From Torpedo marmorata (Eukaryota): a stretch of DNA of 64,000 bases. The notes under the pieces were generated by a model. The model did not search any database. It had not been told where the DNA came from and was given only the letters and a program-made list of their open reading frames with translations. Positions 24,268-38,353 of this stretch are shown one piece after another. Every line of letters starts with the position of its first letter. The first letter of the stretch is position 1. The translations under genes and the position numbers were made by a program. The DNA is taken from positions 67,828,001-67,892,000 of the forward strand of contig OZ360236.1 in the NCBI GenBank assembly GCA_977017645.1. Reading direction: 5' to 3'.

Positions 24268-27200
24268 CTATTTATTTATTTATTTATTTAAAAAATATTT
24301 TTATTAGTATCATAACATTCTATACAATAAAATAGAATCAAATATATCCAAAAGTAACATATTATAGTCATCATCTCATCAAGTTGTAATTAACCTTTGA
24401 TACATTTTATTATATTAACTGCAGAAAATGATTTATCATAAAAAAGAATAAAGATAAGAAAAACAAAGGAAAAAAAATAATATAATAAACCGTAACATTT
24501 TAATACAAAGCAAAGCTAGCGTAACTAATACTACACCTAATACCTACGCCTAAAAAAAAATGACCTCACAACCCCAAACCTCTAACATTGCACTGATATG
24601 CATTTGAGTTCCAGTCCAATTTAGAAAAAGAGAAAAAAAAAGTACTGTAACCTTTATAAATTCTGATAATAATCCATAAATGAACCACAAACTTTTCTAA
24701 AATTAAGATTCATAGTTAGACTGGAACATCTAATTTTCTCTAAAGTTAAGCAGGTCATCATGTTCTGTAGCCATTGATTATAGGTGGGCGGAATATTCTC
24801 CTTCCAGTTCAACAAAATCAACCTTCTGGCCATCAGAGAAGCAAATGCAATGACATGTTTATGAATTTTAGAAAGCTCATTATTATTTGGATCATTAATT
24901 CCAAAAATAACCATATAGGGATTTGGATCTATCTGAGTATTATGAACTAACGAAAGCGTACAAAAAATTTTATTCCAAAATCGGTTCAATTTTGGACACG
25001 ACCATTACAAATGAAACAAAGTTCCCTCATAGATATTACACCTATCACAGGTTGAAGAAACATTAGGGAAAAACTTTGTTAATTGTGTCTTTGAATAATG
25101 AACTCTGTGAACTACTTTAAATTGAATAAGAGTATGTCTAGCACAAAGAGAGGATATGTGAACGAGATCCAAAATAGAAGTCCATAAAGTGGGAGAAAAC
25201 TGTGCTTGAAAATCTCATTCCCACGCTTCTGTCACCTTGTCTAAGTGAATTACCGTAGAATCCAATAGTATCCCATAGAACACAGATAACGGTTTGTTTG
25301 TATCCGGTTTGGTATTAAAAATCGTTTTAATGGTCTCTAACTCCAAGTCTTGTGGGAATCTCAAACGTTGTGAATTTAGAAAGTTCCTTAACTGAAAATA
25401 TCTAAAAATGTGATGTCTAGGAATATTAAACTTAGCTATTAACTTTTCAAAGGAGGCCAAATTATAATCAATATAAGCATCCTTAAAAGTACAAATACCT
25501 GCATCATTCCAAACTCAAAATCCCCTATCTTGAACAGTAGGTATAAAAAAATAATTAAATAAAATTGGGCTTCGTAATAAGAAATTATGCCTACAATTTG
25601 ATTTCCTAAATTGAAACCATATTCTTAAAGTATGTTTAACTACCATGTTATTACTAAATTTAGAATCCCTAAAAGGTAAAGGAGCACCAAGAATGGACAA
25701 TAAGGAATGTTGCTTAATAGAGTTAACCTCTCCTTTTAAATTTTTACACAGTAATACATACATGAACAATATAGATTATTAACTTCAGAAAAAAATCTTT
25801 TATAATATTGCATTACAGTGTATTCTACCCCTTCCCTTATCCCACCAAACCGTTGTTAACATTTTTCAAAAGTTCAAATTTAAATTTTTACTTAGTGTTT
25901 CTAATCCTACCCTCTACCCATTCCCTCCCCTTAAATTCCCTCCCCTTCCTTGAATTCCCTCCCCGTTTCTCGAATATCTTTATAATGTATCCACATATTA
26001 ATGTATCTAATATTCGCAGCCCAATAATACTTCCTAAAATTAGGAAGAGCCATGACTCCTTGTTTTTTCAGAATTCTGCAAAAAAGCTTTCCTGACTCGA
26101 GGGTGTTTTTTATCCCAAATATAGGACGATATCAAAGATTCTAATTGATCCAAGAAAGACTTAGGAATAAAGATTAGTAATGCTTGAAAAATATATAAAA
26201 TTTAGGTAAAACATTCATTTTAATTATATTGATACGTCCAATTAGTGTAATCATTAAAGGAGACCATCTTGTAAACAATTTTTTAACTTGATTTAATACC
26301 TGAAGAAAGTTTTCTTTAAACAAATTAACAAATTTAGTAGTGATATTAATACCTAAATAAGTAAAGTAGTTCTTAACTAATTTAAGTGGTACATCAAACC
26401 ATAAAACATGGGGTGATTTCAAAACAAACATTTCACTTTTAGCTACCGATAAATTTAATTTATAACCAGATAAGCTACCAAATCGAGTAAGTAAATGTAA
26501 AATCACTGGAATTGAATGTTCAGGATCTGAAATATATAATAATAAGTCATCAGCGTAAAGAGATACCTTGTGTTCAACACTAGCTCTAAAAATACCTGAA
26601 ATATCATCAGATTGTTTAAAAGCCAAAGCTAAAGGTTCTAAAGCCATATCAAATAATAATGGACTTAGTGGGCATCTTTGTTTTGTACCCGAAATATTTT
26701 AAAAGGTTTAGATTTCATTGAATTGGTAATAATCATCGCAGTAGGTGACAAATAGATTAATTTGATCCACCTAATAAAATTTGGGCCAAATTTAAATTTC
26801 TCTAATACATTAAAAAGATATTGCCACTCAACACGATCAAAAGCCTTCTCAGCATCTAAAGAGATAACACTTTCAAATGGAGATTGACCAGGTGTATAAA
26901 CTATATTCAACAATCTACGAACATTAAATTGTAAATATGTTCCCTTAATAAAACCTGACTGATCCTCAGAGATAATAGTAGGGATAATATTTTACAGTCT
27001 ACGAGGTAAGATTTTTGAAAGTATCTTAGCATCCACATTAAGCAAAGAAATAAGGGCGATAAGATGCGCATTCAGACGGATCTTTATTCTTTTTAAGGAT
27101 AAGAGAAATAGAGGCTTCGTAAAATGTAGAAGGTAACTTCCCACACCTCATAGCTTCAGATAAAGTGATCTCTAAACGTGGTACCAATAAATCAACAAAA

Positions 27201-30117
27201 GTTTTATAAAATTCAGCCGGAAACCCATCGGGTCCCTGACTGCAAAGATTTAATAGCATCTGAAATCTCAACAGAGGATATAGGGTTTTCCAATATAGCT
27301 TGCGCCTCTACCGACAGAGAAGGGACATTCAACTCATTTAAAAAATGTTTTATAGAATCATTATCCTCCTTGAGTTCAGAGCTATATAGTTAGAATAAAA
27401 ATTACGAAAAGTATTATTAATTTCTTCATGATCTAATGTCTTAGTTCCATCTTCCTGTTTAATTTCCAATATCATTTGTTTAACAAAGTTATGCTTAATC
27501 TGATTGGCCAAATGTTTTCCTGCTCTTTCTCCATGAATATAAAAATTAGACCGAGATTTTAGCAAATATGATTGAATCAGATATGTGAGCAGGAGATCAT
27601 GTCTAGCTTAAATCAACTCGCTTCTTAAACAAATCAGGGTTAAGCGTCCGAGCATATTGTTGATCAATAGACCTTATTTCAGCGGCAAGACCAGCTCTCT
27701 CAGCATTTGCTTTCTTTTTCAAATTGGCCGTAAAGGATATAATCTGCCCCCTAATATAAGCTTTAAAAGAATCCCATACAACCAGCTCGGATACACCACT
27801 TCCCGAATTCATCTGAAAGAATAAACTAATGTGCTCTCTCATCATTTTTTTAAAATCTGAGTTTGTTAACACAGTAGCATTCATACGCCACTGTGTGGTG
27901 CGTTTAAGAAGATCTGGAAAATTTAATGAAAGAATTACTGGAGAATGATCTGAAATAATAGTCTCATATTTACATAAATCGACCATTGGAATAAGCTGTT
28001 TCTCTATTAAAAAGTAATCAATCCTAGTTCATGTGTGATGCACTTTAGAGAGAAATGAGAAATCTTTATCTGTAGGATTAAGAAATCTCCAAACGTCTAT
28101 CACTCCCGATTGAAACGTAAATGAATTGATAAACATAGCAGACTTATTAATAACTGCAGTCTTTGAAGAGGAATGATCCAACACTGGGTCCAGCCAACAG
28201 TTTAAATCTCCCCCAATAATCAATGAATATAAATTTAAGTCTGGAAGTAAAGAAAAAAGCTGCTTAAAAAAAATTAGGATCATCTGTATTCGGACCATAT
28301 ATATTTAAAAAAACATAGAATTTATTATTAATTTTACCTGATAAAATAATATAGCGACCTTTTACATCTGTAGTAACCTCATGCTTCACAAACGGTAAAG
28401 AGTTATCAATCAGAATAGCTACACCCCTAGTTTTGGCTTCATATGCCGTGGTATAGATCTGTCCTCTCCAAAGTTTAGCTAATCAGGAGGTATCAGAATT
28501 TCTTAAATAGGTTTCTTGTAAGAAAACTATTTCTGGGGAAAGCTTTTTAATATGTGCAAAAACCTTACGTCTCTTGACTGGTTCATTGAGGCCACATACA
28601 TTCCATGATAATAACTTAAGCTTTCTAGCCAATTTGCAGCTTATATTTAATTGTAGTAAAAAGGAGCTTTAATTTTAATATTACAACAAATATAGATATA
28701 GAGATTCCACCCTAACCTCCCTTAACTAAAGAAATACCAATGCAATTAAATCCCCCCTCCCACCTACAGGCAAACAAGCGCAAAACTAACCCTAACATAT
28801 TTCTAAGCCCTATGTTCTCGCAGCTCGACTCAAGGTTAAGGAGATAAGAAAGAAAGAAAAAAAAACATCTGTTCCTCACGTATCTAGACATATTTTGACT
28901 AAGATCTTGCCACACCATGGCCACTAAAGATTTAAATAAAACAAGGCATTTTCAATCATACAGATAAAGAATTAGAGATAAAATAATTCCTCTCATTCTG
29001 TACAGAAAAAGAGAGTTTACTTTAAAAGGGAACATCATAAATTTAATAAAATTTAATTTAAAGAAAAATAGAAGACGCACTAATAACACCAACCCGATGT
29101 TAAGTCCACATAAATCAAAGGATTTAACTGAAGATCAATCAATAAAATTCATTCTGAAGAGGATCCTGGAAGTTCCTTCAAAAACTGGGATGCAGACAGA
29201 GGGTTCTTAAACCACTTCACGGTGTTGTCACGAAGCGTGATCCGAAGTCTCGCTGGATACCAGAATGAAGGCTTGCAACCTTTACGATAAAACGGAGCCA
29301 TCACCTCTTTAAACGCTGAGCGCTCTTTCATGATCTTGGCAGGGTAGTCATCCACTATTCAGATCCGATGATCTTTATATGTCAGCATCCCTCTGCATCT
29401 CGACTCTCTTAGAAGTGTGTCTTTAACTTGAAAATTTTTCAAACATAAAATAACAGATCTGGGTCTAACCCCAGTACCTGATTGTTGCCCAAGTGAGCGG
29501 TGCGCTCTATCCAATTCAGGCGCTTGGGGAAGTCATTCCGGACCAAATATCTCACGCAGCAGCTCTGCAAAAAACGCAGTAGGCAGCCCTGACTCAGTAC
29601 CTTCTTTTAAACCAATAATCCTCAAATTGTTTCATCTGGATCTTGCTTCCAGGTCGAACATTTTCTTCCGTAATTGCTCGTTTTCTTTTTGATAGTCAAC
29701 TGCTGATTTCAGTAATCTGGTCGTATCAGCTTCAACTTGATATAAAGCATTTTCTATGTCAGTAATTCTTCGATCATGACCAGCAACTAGGTCCTGAATA
29801 TCAGAGATAGACTGAGCAACCTTCTCAAAGCAGCTTGCATTTTCCGTATTTCAGTTATTTCTTCCAAAATCTTCTCCCATATAGTAGTTTGAGCAGCTGA
29901 AGGATCTTCTTCTCTTCTTGCACGAGCTCAAGTGGCCATTATAACAGTAATTACAAGGACTGTTCTCAAAACTAAAGAACCATTAAATAAATCAGTAGTT
30001 CTTATCCGTTAAAATTATAATGTGAGAAAATAACTGTTAGTTCATAGTGTGGGAAACAGATAACAGTTAGCAGAGCAGGTAAATATGCGTGCTACCCCAT
30101 CTGTGGTCAGGCTGTGA
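24268..30117 (-). mobile_element. Near full-length, degraded L1 of a second family (L1-C)
   Basis: ORF1 remnant 29149-29939 (LDRAHR, YPARLRI); ORF2 fragments 24654-28630 (GGDLN, SDHSP, DAEKAFD, YADD); (TATT)n tail; possible degenerate TSD TCATAT; an apparent extra L1 3' end at about 25730-25960. Confidence 0.88.
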
Positions 30118-30966
30118 ATCATATTTGTTTTAAACCATGTTTTTCAAACACAGTGACCAACATTATAAAATAAAGCCAATTAGGGCATTTGTGTCAGGAA
30201 AGTAATCTCAAAAATTGGTGACCAGTATAAAAGAAACAACTTCCTCTCTAACAACAGGTGGACAAGGGATCGATTTAAAGGAAAATAAATAGTTTTTAAA
30301 AGCTGCAGTATTTGTTGGCCATATATTCTCTGGAAAGATTGGACTGACTGATTTATGTGCTGAAAGCAAATACAGAACCAGGGTATCATCGGCTGATGAC
30401 AGCACAGGAGGAGGCCATTGTGGTCACACAGCTGGGAGAAACTTGAATTGGATGTATGATTAAAAAAGATAATTTTCAAAGCTCTGCATAAAAAAATAGA
30501 GGAACAGAAATAGTTCTTCCAGAATTCCAACACACCCACAGCTGGCTGAATGGCCTCTTCCTGCTCTGAACCATTCTCTGAGACAACAAATCTGGCTCAA
30601 AATAAGTATGTGCAGAGGTTTTGTTTAGCAGTACACATAAAAATTGACCAGACTGGAATGAAATGTGATATCTTTGCTACATAAAGGATGGTGCATGACA
30701 TGCTGAGTTTCTCCAGCACTTTTGTGTATTGATCTACAATAGCTTCTGTCATTTTGTGGTAGAAACTCAACAAACCGCTTTTGATTGACTCTGGTTATGC
30801 TGATGAAGCAATTTCTGTATCAGATTCACATGGAAGGATGCAATTCCCTGTGCAAAGCTCCTTTAGAGTATTGTCTGGGAAATCAAGCCATGTTATTATG
30901 AGGTACACCTCTCATGTTTTATCAGTGACGCTCTCTGAGAAGGCATGAACTGGGAGACTCTCTCAG

Positions 30967-31214
30967 TGTGGTAAACCACTTTATATGTATTGTGGCCTGA
31001 GGCAGGTATGACCATGACCTGTCTGTCTGTCCCGGTGACCCCTCCCCTTTTACCTGGAATAAAGGCCTTGAGCCCGCAACTCCTCCCCCAGTTCCGGGAC
31101 AATCCAGCAGGGATCATCAGGTCAAGTCATAGTCAGCCCTGGCTTGATTCTGCTAATAAAAGCCTGTTAATTCCTGCACTTCTAGACTCGTGTTGGTTAT
31201 TGACAGGTACGTCA
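30967..31214 (+). mobile_element. Solo LTR (248 bp), same Gypsy group
   Basis: TGTGGTAAACCAC...TGACAGGTACGTCA; TSD CTCAG (30962-30966 / 31215-31219). Confidence 0.92.
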
Positions 31215-31877
31215 CTCAGTACCCATATACAACTCCCCTTCTTGGGACTCCTTTCCACAAGAGAAGAACGGAACTGTGAGCTCCCCAAACATCCTCTAAC
31301 TCAATGACCTTATGCCCCAATAACTTTCTACCCTTGTCACCCTGATTACTTCCGATTCCTCAATCAACTCCTTGACTACCATGAATACCTTCTCCAGCCT
31401 CTGGGCACAAACTTCCAATTCATCAAGCTCACTAACAACTTGCCCCAGCCTCAAATTGCAGACAACCCATGACATATGATTGCTGGCCCCAATTACCTCT
31501 GAGACGAACGTACCCCCGCCCACCCCAACCCCGTACCCAGCCTTGGCCATCGACTGACTTGATACTTATTTATGTACACCAGGTCAGTAAGGAGTGTCTT
31601 GCGTTGATGTTTGCTGCACCAAACCAAAAAATAGAATGCAGTGGTCCATGACTATGCTTCCCCAGCCACCACTAATCTTCAAAACATTGTCTAGAATTAT
31701 TTGAGTCATGGAGAGATACAGCAGGGAAATAAACCCTTTGACCTACCAAGTCCGCATTCTTCCAGGTAAAGTGTGCCCAGGTGGGAGGTAAAAAATTTAA
31801 AAATTAAGAAAGCAAACTTCTGGCATCCTGAACTATTGGTTAGGTACTGCGGTAGTGGCAGAACCACTGAGAAAGTT

Positions 31878-32458
31878 ATGTTGATGCAATCACAAAGAAG
31901 GCTCGTTAGCGGCTATACTTCGTGAGGTGTCTGCAGAGATTCGGTATGTCACCAAAGACTCTCGTAAACTTCTACAGGTGTACCGTGGAGAGCATTCTGG
32001 CTGGTTGCATCACTGCCTGGTATGGAGGCGCCAACTCCCAGGACAAGAGTAAACTCCAGAGGGTTGTTAACTCGGCCTGTGACATCACAAGCACCAAACT
32101 TCACTCCATCGAGGACATATACATGAGGCGGTGTCTTAAAAAAGCAGCCTCTCTCCTCAAAGACCCCCACCACCCAGGCCATGCCCTCTTCACTCTGCTT
32201 CCATCGGGAAAAAGGTACAGGAGCCTAAAGACGAGCACTCAACGGCACAAGGACAGCTTCTTCCCCGCTGCCATCAGATTCCTGAATAATCAATGAACCA
32301 AAAACACTACCTTTCTTTTCGTGCACTATTGTTTATAATTTTTTATAGTAATGTCGTAAGATGGTTAATATGAATGTTAATTGCACTATGATGCTGCCGA
32401 AAAACACCGAATTTCATGACTTGTTCATGACAATAAATTCTGATTCTGATTCTGATTC
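31878..32458 (+). mobile_element. Rex1/Babar LINE 3' fragment, well preserved
   Basis: FGMSPKTLVNFYRCTVESILAGCITAWYG...LLPSGKRYRSLKT; tail AATAAA(TTCTGA)3. Confidence 0.88.
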
Positions 32459-32634
32459 AAAGGTTGTCCTATATATATATCTAAAATACTTTCTCTACTA
32501 CTGCTTGTCTACCATTCTTTAAGCAATAAATATTAAGTTACTTGACTTAAGAAACTCTTATTTCTTATTTAGTGCCTAAAAACTCAAAATTGCAAGTATT
32601 TGGTAAATGCAGTGAAATAAACTTCCTGTGACTC

Positions 32635-32875
32635 TGCAGCATGGTTAGCGTAGCGGTTAGCACGATGCTATTACAGCACCAATGACTCAGGTTTGAATCT
32701 GGCGTTGTCTGTAAGGAGTTTATATGTTCTCCCCGTTTCTTCGTGGGTTCCCTCCGGGTGCTTCAGTTTCCTCCCACCATCGAAAAATGTATGGGGTTGT
32801 AGGTTAATTTGGGTGTAATTGGGCGTCTCTGGTTTAAATGGCCGGAATCGGCTTCTACCGTCCTGTAAATAACAA
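32635..32875 (+). mobile_element. tRNA-derived V-SINE
   Basis: A/B-box-like head; V core GTTCTCCCCG...GGGTT...GTTTCCTCCCAC; homologous to 35446-35693. Confidence 0.8.
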
Positions 32876-35445
32876 AAAATTCCATTTGACGTTGCCTTGG
32901 CAGCACCACAGTTACACATGCCACCATTAATGTAAAGCAGGTACTTAGATGGCAAGAAAATTACTATGTGTCCTCTTTCACAGTCAATGATTTTAATTGG
33001 TGGCATAAACCGATGCAGGTCCTGCAGGAACACATCAGAAAATAATTATCAGTATGCCCCTGCTTATTTAACACAAGCACAAACCTGAAATCCATGTCAC
33101 CGCTTTAAAAACAATAACAACTTGCGAACACAGGCTTTCCATTTTATTGATGTCAAAAGTGGTAGCATGTCTAATGATATGATGCTACCTTTTCCCACTT
33201 GAAAACTTATCCGAGGAAGTCACAGAGAGAGACTGTTTTCTGAAGATTCATAACAGTCTAATTTCATCATCTTACTGCTGTTTACATGGATTTCTGAAAA
33301 AAAAATGGAGAAATGAGATTATGAAAGTGAGATTTTCCTTGAATGAGAACAGACATTGGACTCGCAGAGCAATTTTATTTGTGATTTCCTACATGATGCA
33401 GTTTGTAATTTAATTTCATGCAATCAATAGGAACCTGCATTAATACACAATGAACGATGCATTAATATAGGATGAATGGTGTGGGGCGGGGTAGGATGGG
33501 AGTGTGTGATGATAATACTCATTGGGGCTAAAATGCTGACTGTGTTTACCCTTTAAATATCCAAGGTTTTTTTTTCCTCGGTTAGATTTTACGCAAAGGA
33601 AATTGGGTAGGGTAGGCATCAGATACCGACAGCTGTTGGCCTGTCTATTGATGTAATTAGTCCTTGCCAATATTAGTCCTAGAGTTGAACAGGATAGAAA
33701 CGGATCCTTCAGGCCACCACATCCAAGCTGTCCTTTTTGCCCATCGACTCTAATCCTATTCACCCTCGTGTTGTTCTGTAAAACGATAGCCAAGTTTTAC
33801 CTACTTCAGAAATTAGCTTGCTTTCTTTTGGATTGCTGAAGTTCATAGTTTTGTTGGCCACATCGCATTTTGCATCACTTGAATTTGTGTCCAGAGTTGG
33901 TTTCAAAGAATTGCTCTTCATATTGAACAAGACATTCAGCCATTAATCAAATAAAATTCAATATAACTTTATAAAGCTTTTTGTGCAATTTATCTTTAAT
34001 CAAAGCAGAGGTAAATTGCTGAAATGTTCATTGTGGGAGCACTGCACAGAACAGGGTCAAACTGCATCTGCAATTTTGGAGATTTCAAATTCATTTTGTG
34101 TATTATTTAACTTAAAAACTGAAGGAACCATTGGAATGACTCTTTTAAATCATTTCTTTTTTTTTTTAAATTGCGTTTCAACAAAAACAGCACGCCTGAA
34201 AGTACTTAAGATAAAATAATAAGATTAAAATATATCAGTTACAGTAAGTTTAATCACACAGCCAATCCAATAGTTGTAACCTAATTTTAAATTTATATAG
34301 AAAATAACTTTATTAAATTAGAAAGTAATTTCCAAGTTACATTCCTCATTATGTTAATTGTATTTATTGATTACTTTCATAATCTTTAAAAAAAATACTG
34401 CTATTTCTATTCCTTCATTTGTAGAGCCTCCTTCAAGGCCTGGAGTTAAGTACAACTAGTATTCATAATGATGATGAATTCTCCTTGGGGCGTTGTCATA
34501 GTTTGTTGATGGAGTCTGTTGCTACCTTTAAAGTCATTGCAAAAGCTTGTGTGGTGCTGAATGCAAAGTTTAGCAATATAACACTGTAATGAAACAATGC
34601 AAATAGAAACTCCAGGCCATGAATTTCAATTTATTGCTAAGGTAGAAAACCAATAGGTGTTTGCTGCTTAGTGATATTATTGCTGGGTGATAACCCTTGT
34701 GGCAAATCCTGCAGCAAAGCCTGAAGATATACCTTTTGTGTTACCCTAAACTGTTTGCATCCATTCATGTAAGCAGAATGGAATGACTCTGAGATGCTTC
34801 AGAACAGACTCCTGGCTGTAGTAAAGCTAATCTGTGACTTGAAAACAAGTGGCTATTCACATCACCTACAATGTGACTCCAGTTCTGTGGAAAATCAGAA
34901 AGAAATCTGTTCAACCAAGCACTGTTCATTTTAAATCAGCTTCTCAGGGAATGATCCATCGTAGGCAGTGATCTCAGTGGAACCTTATTGGCACTACAAC
35001 TTTAATCTGCTGATTGTACTTGAAGTTTCATGGAGGCATACAGAACTGATTGGATATTTCATTAGAAATCATATTAAACGATACTGGTTTTCCTTCAATG
35101 TACCATGACTGCTATCTTGACCTATTTTCCCAGAAGCCAGTAATCAAACCGTTTGGCTCAATATATTTCAATCATTCCTCCCAGTAACTTAGCTTGATTA
35201 AGTGGGGTTGAAGTGTAGCACATCAGCTGAACTGCAATTCTAACCCATAGAGCCCTTGTGGTGCCAGCACCAAGCTTCAAGGTGTCTCTCAGCAATGTAC
35301 TCTGGATTGTGCTAGCCAGCAGCACTCGCCGGTAGTCGTCTCGTTACACTGGAAGACCAATGGGTTGAAGGCAGATCCAAGTGTGCCTTTTATCGACATG
35401 ATGATCTTCCAGCAGTCGTCAAGGTTTGTCTCAGCATGCAACGGG

Positions 35446-35693
35446 AGGCACGGTTGGTGTAGCAGTTAGCGCCACGCCTTTACAGCGCCAGCGATCGGGA
35501 CCGGACCGGGTTTCGAATCCTGCGCTGTCTGTAACGAGTTTGTACGTTCTCCCCGTGTCTGTGTGGGTTTTCTCTGGGGGCTCCGGTTTCCTCCCACCAT
35601 TCAAAACGTACCAGGGGTGTAGGTTAATGTGGTGTAAATTGGGCGGCACGGACTCGTGGGCCGAAATGGCCTGTTACCGTGCTGTATGTCTAA
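35446..35693 (+). mobile_element. tRNA-derived V-SINE with a CR1-like tail
   Basis: TGGTGTAGCAGTTAG A box, GGTTTCGAATCC B box, V core, tail GGGCCGAAATGGCCTGTTACCGTGCTGTATG. Confidence 0.88.
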
Positions 35694-36597
35694 CGTGCGT
35701 GGAGCTGAGTACAGAGGCCATAACCATGTCTGGCAGGTAGTAAAGCCACTGTTCATGCCCTGTACATCAGACACATGTTGGACCTGCAAAGAAAATCCCA
35801 GATTTGGGTGATCTCACAGAAAGTCTGCTGTTTTCCTTAATGATCATTTTGAAGCTGTAGTGTGTGGCACACACAAATATTTTGCGATGCAGTCGATTTT
35901 CAAGGCCCATGCCTTTTCCCCTCCTCATGGAGAGGAGGTCAAATGGTGGAATGAAGCAGGTGAGAATTAAACAAATTTAGCCCACACATAGATAGATCAC
36001 ATGATTGCATTCCTAGCCTACCTCGTTTTTTCTTTTTTTAAACTGGAAGACAGAAGAGATAAAATCTCGCACTTGGTTACCATGCCGACCTTTGCGGCTG
36101 CATCAGTGGGAGAGGGGCAACAGGTAAGCGATGATGTAACGTGGTATCTGTGTCTCCAGTTTTGCATCTCGGGACCAGCATAATGCTCGAAGTACCTAGT
36201 ACTGGTAAGCAGAACTGATTTTATTTTTGTTTGAAAATAAGATGCATTTGCTAGCCAATAAATATCCAGGAGTTAACTGCTGCTGATCATGTGTTGTTGA
36301 CAGTGACCTTGTTTCTGAATGAGGCAGTGATTATGTAGCAGGAAATGAGATTTGTGGTTGTCAGCATTTGCCAGGCTAAAGGCAAATTAAATAGTCCTTT
36401 ATTGTGACCTTTGATGTGTAGATGACCTTCCCTAAACAGCACATGTGTTGTTTGGAAGACCAATATTTTTATGAGGATGCTAATGATAATTTAACAAAAT
36501 AAGGGACATGTTTTAAATAAATCTCCTTCATAGCTGTTTCTACAGTATCCAACCGATATCAGTATTAAATCCCAATCCAGTTTCATAATATTTAATG

Positions 36598-36770
36598 CAA
36601 ACAATTAGAAGCTGGAGGAACTCTGGGTCAGACAGCATCCATGGAGAGATATGTTTACTCGATGTTTAAGGTCAGGTCACTTTCTCTCCATGGATACTGC
36701 TTGACCCACTGATTCCCTCCAGCTTCTGATTGCTCAAGATTTCAGCATCTGCAGTTTTTCTGTTTCTCTT
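36598..36770. repeat. Palindromic Penelope-like repeat
   Basis: AGAAGCTGGAGGAA...CAGCATCCATGGAGAGA versus TCTCTCCATGGATACTG...CCTCCAGCTTCT. Confidence 0.6.
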
Positions 36771-36904
36771 TTCTCGTTGTATTTAATGTTGCTTTCACAA
36801 AAGCAATTGCCACTTACTTGCCGAAATATATTACAAGAATTGATTGTTACTTTCATCTCACCCTGTGCCATCAAAAACACGTTACTGAGTAACATGAAAA
36901 GAGA

Positions 36905-37190
36905 AGTGTGCTTGATGTCAAAAACGACACTGCTGCAGAAACTTTGTGGTTCAGGCAGGATCGGTGGAAACAAAGAGATTGATGACATTTCAAGTCAAGA
37001 CCCTGCATCAGGACCTAACAATGCATTCAATAACATTGGCGTTGTGAAAGTAACATTTGTTCTGGTGCAGGGTGTCAACCTGAAACATTGGCTCTCTTTT
37101 TCCATCCACAGATGCTATCTGACCCGCTGAGTTTCTCCAGCAGCTTGATTTTTGCTGCAGATTCCGGCTATCTGCCGTCTCTTGTGTCTC
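36905..37190. repeat. Palindromic Penelope-like repeat with degenerate hammerhead cores
   Basis: GACCCTGCATCAG on the left, CTGGTGCAGGGTGTCAACCTGAAAC on the right; flanking arms are inverted. Confidence 0.6.
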
Positions 37191-37229
37191 TATACTTGTG
37201 ATGGAATCTCCTACATAGGCTTTCTGTGC

Positions 37230-37490
37230 ACTGGAGTTGCTGGCTCTGCATTTTGGCCGGAATTCCAGAGACATTACTTCAAGTCCCACCATGGCAGCTG
37301 GAAAACTTTAATTCAAGTCCTTAAATGAATCTGGAATTTTAAAGAAAGCTAGTAGCAATAATGGTGACCATAAACTACTGGATTGTCCAAAAAGAAAAGT
37401 TTGGTTCACTGATCTCCTTCAGGGAAGGAAACCTGGTGTCCTTCTCAGTCTAGAACCAACAATGTGGTTAATCCTTAATCAACTCAGGGA
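37230..37490 (+). mobile_element. Degraded SINE-like repeat
   Basis: TTCAAGTCCCACCATGGCAGCTGG...AATGGTGACCAT...GGTTCACT...AGGGAAGGAAA resembles a repeat I recall as common in sharks and rays; not verified. Confidence 0.45.
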
Positions 37491-37499
37491 TACATACAG

Positions 37500-38000
37500 T
37501 ACTTGTTCAAATGCCTTTTAAATGTTGTAATTGTATCTGCCTCTACTACCTCTTCCAGATCTTGCTCCAGATAATCATAATCCATAATAATAATCATCAC
37601 CCACTGTGTGAAAAACTTACCCCTTTGCTTGCCTTTAAATTTCACTCCCCCCTTAAACCTGCACTCTCTAAGCTTCTCTGCCCCACAACTCTATCCCATC
37701 AATGCCCCTCATAATGTTATAAACCTCTGTAAGGTCACTCCTACGTTCCAGTGAGAATAAACCCAGCCTATCCAATCCCTCTTTATAACTGTAGTCCTCC
37801 ATTCCAGGCAGAATCCTGGTATATCTCTGCTGCAGTCTCTCTAATGATGCCACATATTTGCTGTAGTCTACAACCAGAACGATAGACAAAACTCCAGATG
37901 CAATCGAGCCAATGTTTTGTACAACTGCAACATAACATTCCAATTCGTACTCAATGCCATGAAGTATGACAGCAAGCATAGTAAACACATTCTTTGGTAC
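37500..38000 (-). mobile_element. CR1 LINE 3' fragment
   Basis: LERLQQRYTRILPGMEDYSYKEGLDRLGLFSLERR..DLTEVYNIMRGID. Confidence 0.8.
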
Positions 38001-38177
38001 CTATGGATGAGTAGTAAATGTCATCATTTTAGACATCTTCACAGAATGTGAAAATATACACTAAACATTATATCTAGTCTGAGCAAGGCAGGAAAAGAAT
38101 GTCAAAATCCTAATCTAAAAGTTGCTCATTTTGTTCCTCAAAAATATAAATAAAGGCTTGAAATATATATGCTAAAT

Positions 38178-38353
38178 CAGGGGAGCCAACCTTTTAATTT
38201 TTAATTTAAACATACAGCACGGTAACAGGCCATTTCGGCCCACGAGTCCGTGCCGCCCAATTAACCTACACCCCCAGTATGTACTCGTGGGCCGAAATGG
38301 CCTGTTACTGTGCTGTATATCTAAATTAAAAATTAAAAGGTTGGCCACCCCTG
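38178..38353. mobile_element. 176-bp palindromic hAT-type MITE with SINE-derived arms
   Basis: TIRs CAGGGGAGCCAACC / GGTTGGCCACCCCTG; 8-bp TSD TGCTAAAT (38170-38177 / 38354-38361). Confidence 0.9.

Noticed and set aside
31240-31560. Possible CR1 ORF1 remnant on the - strand
   Set aside because: Similarity too weak to support by eye.
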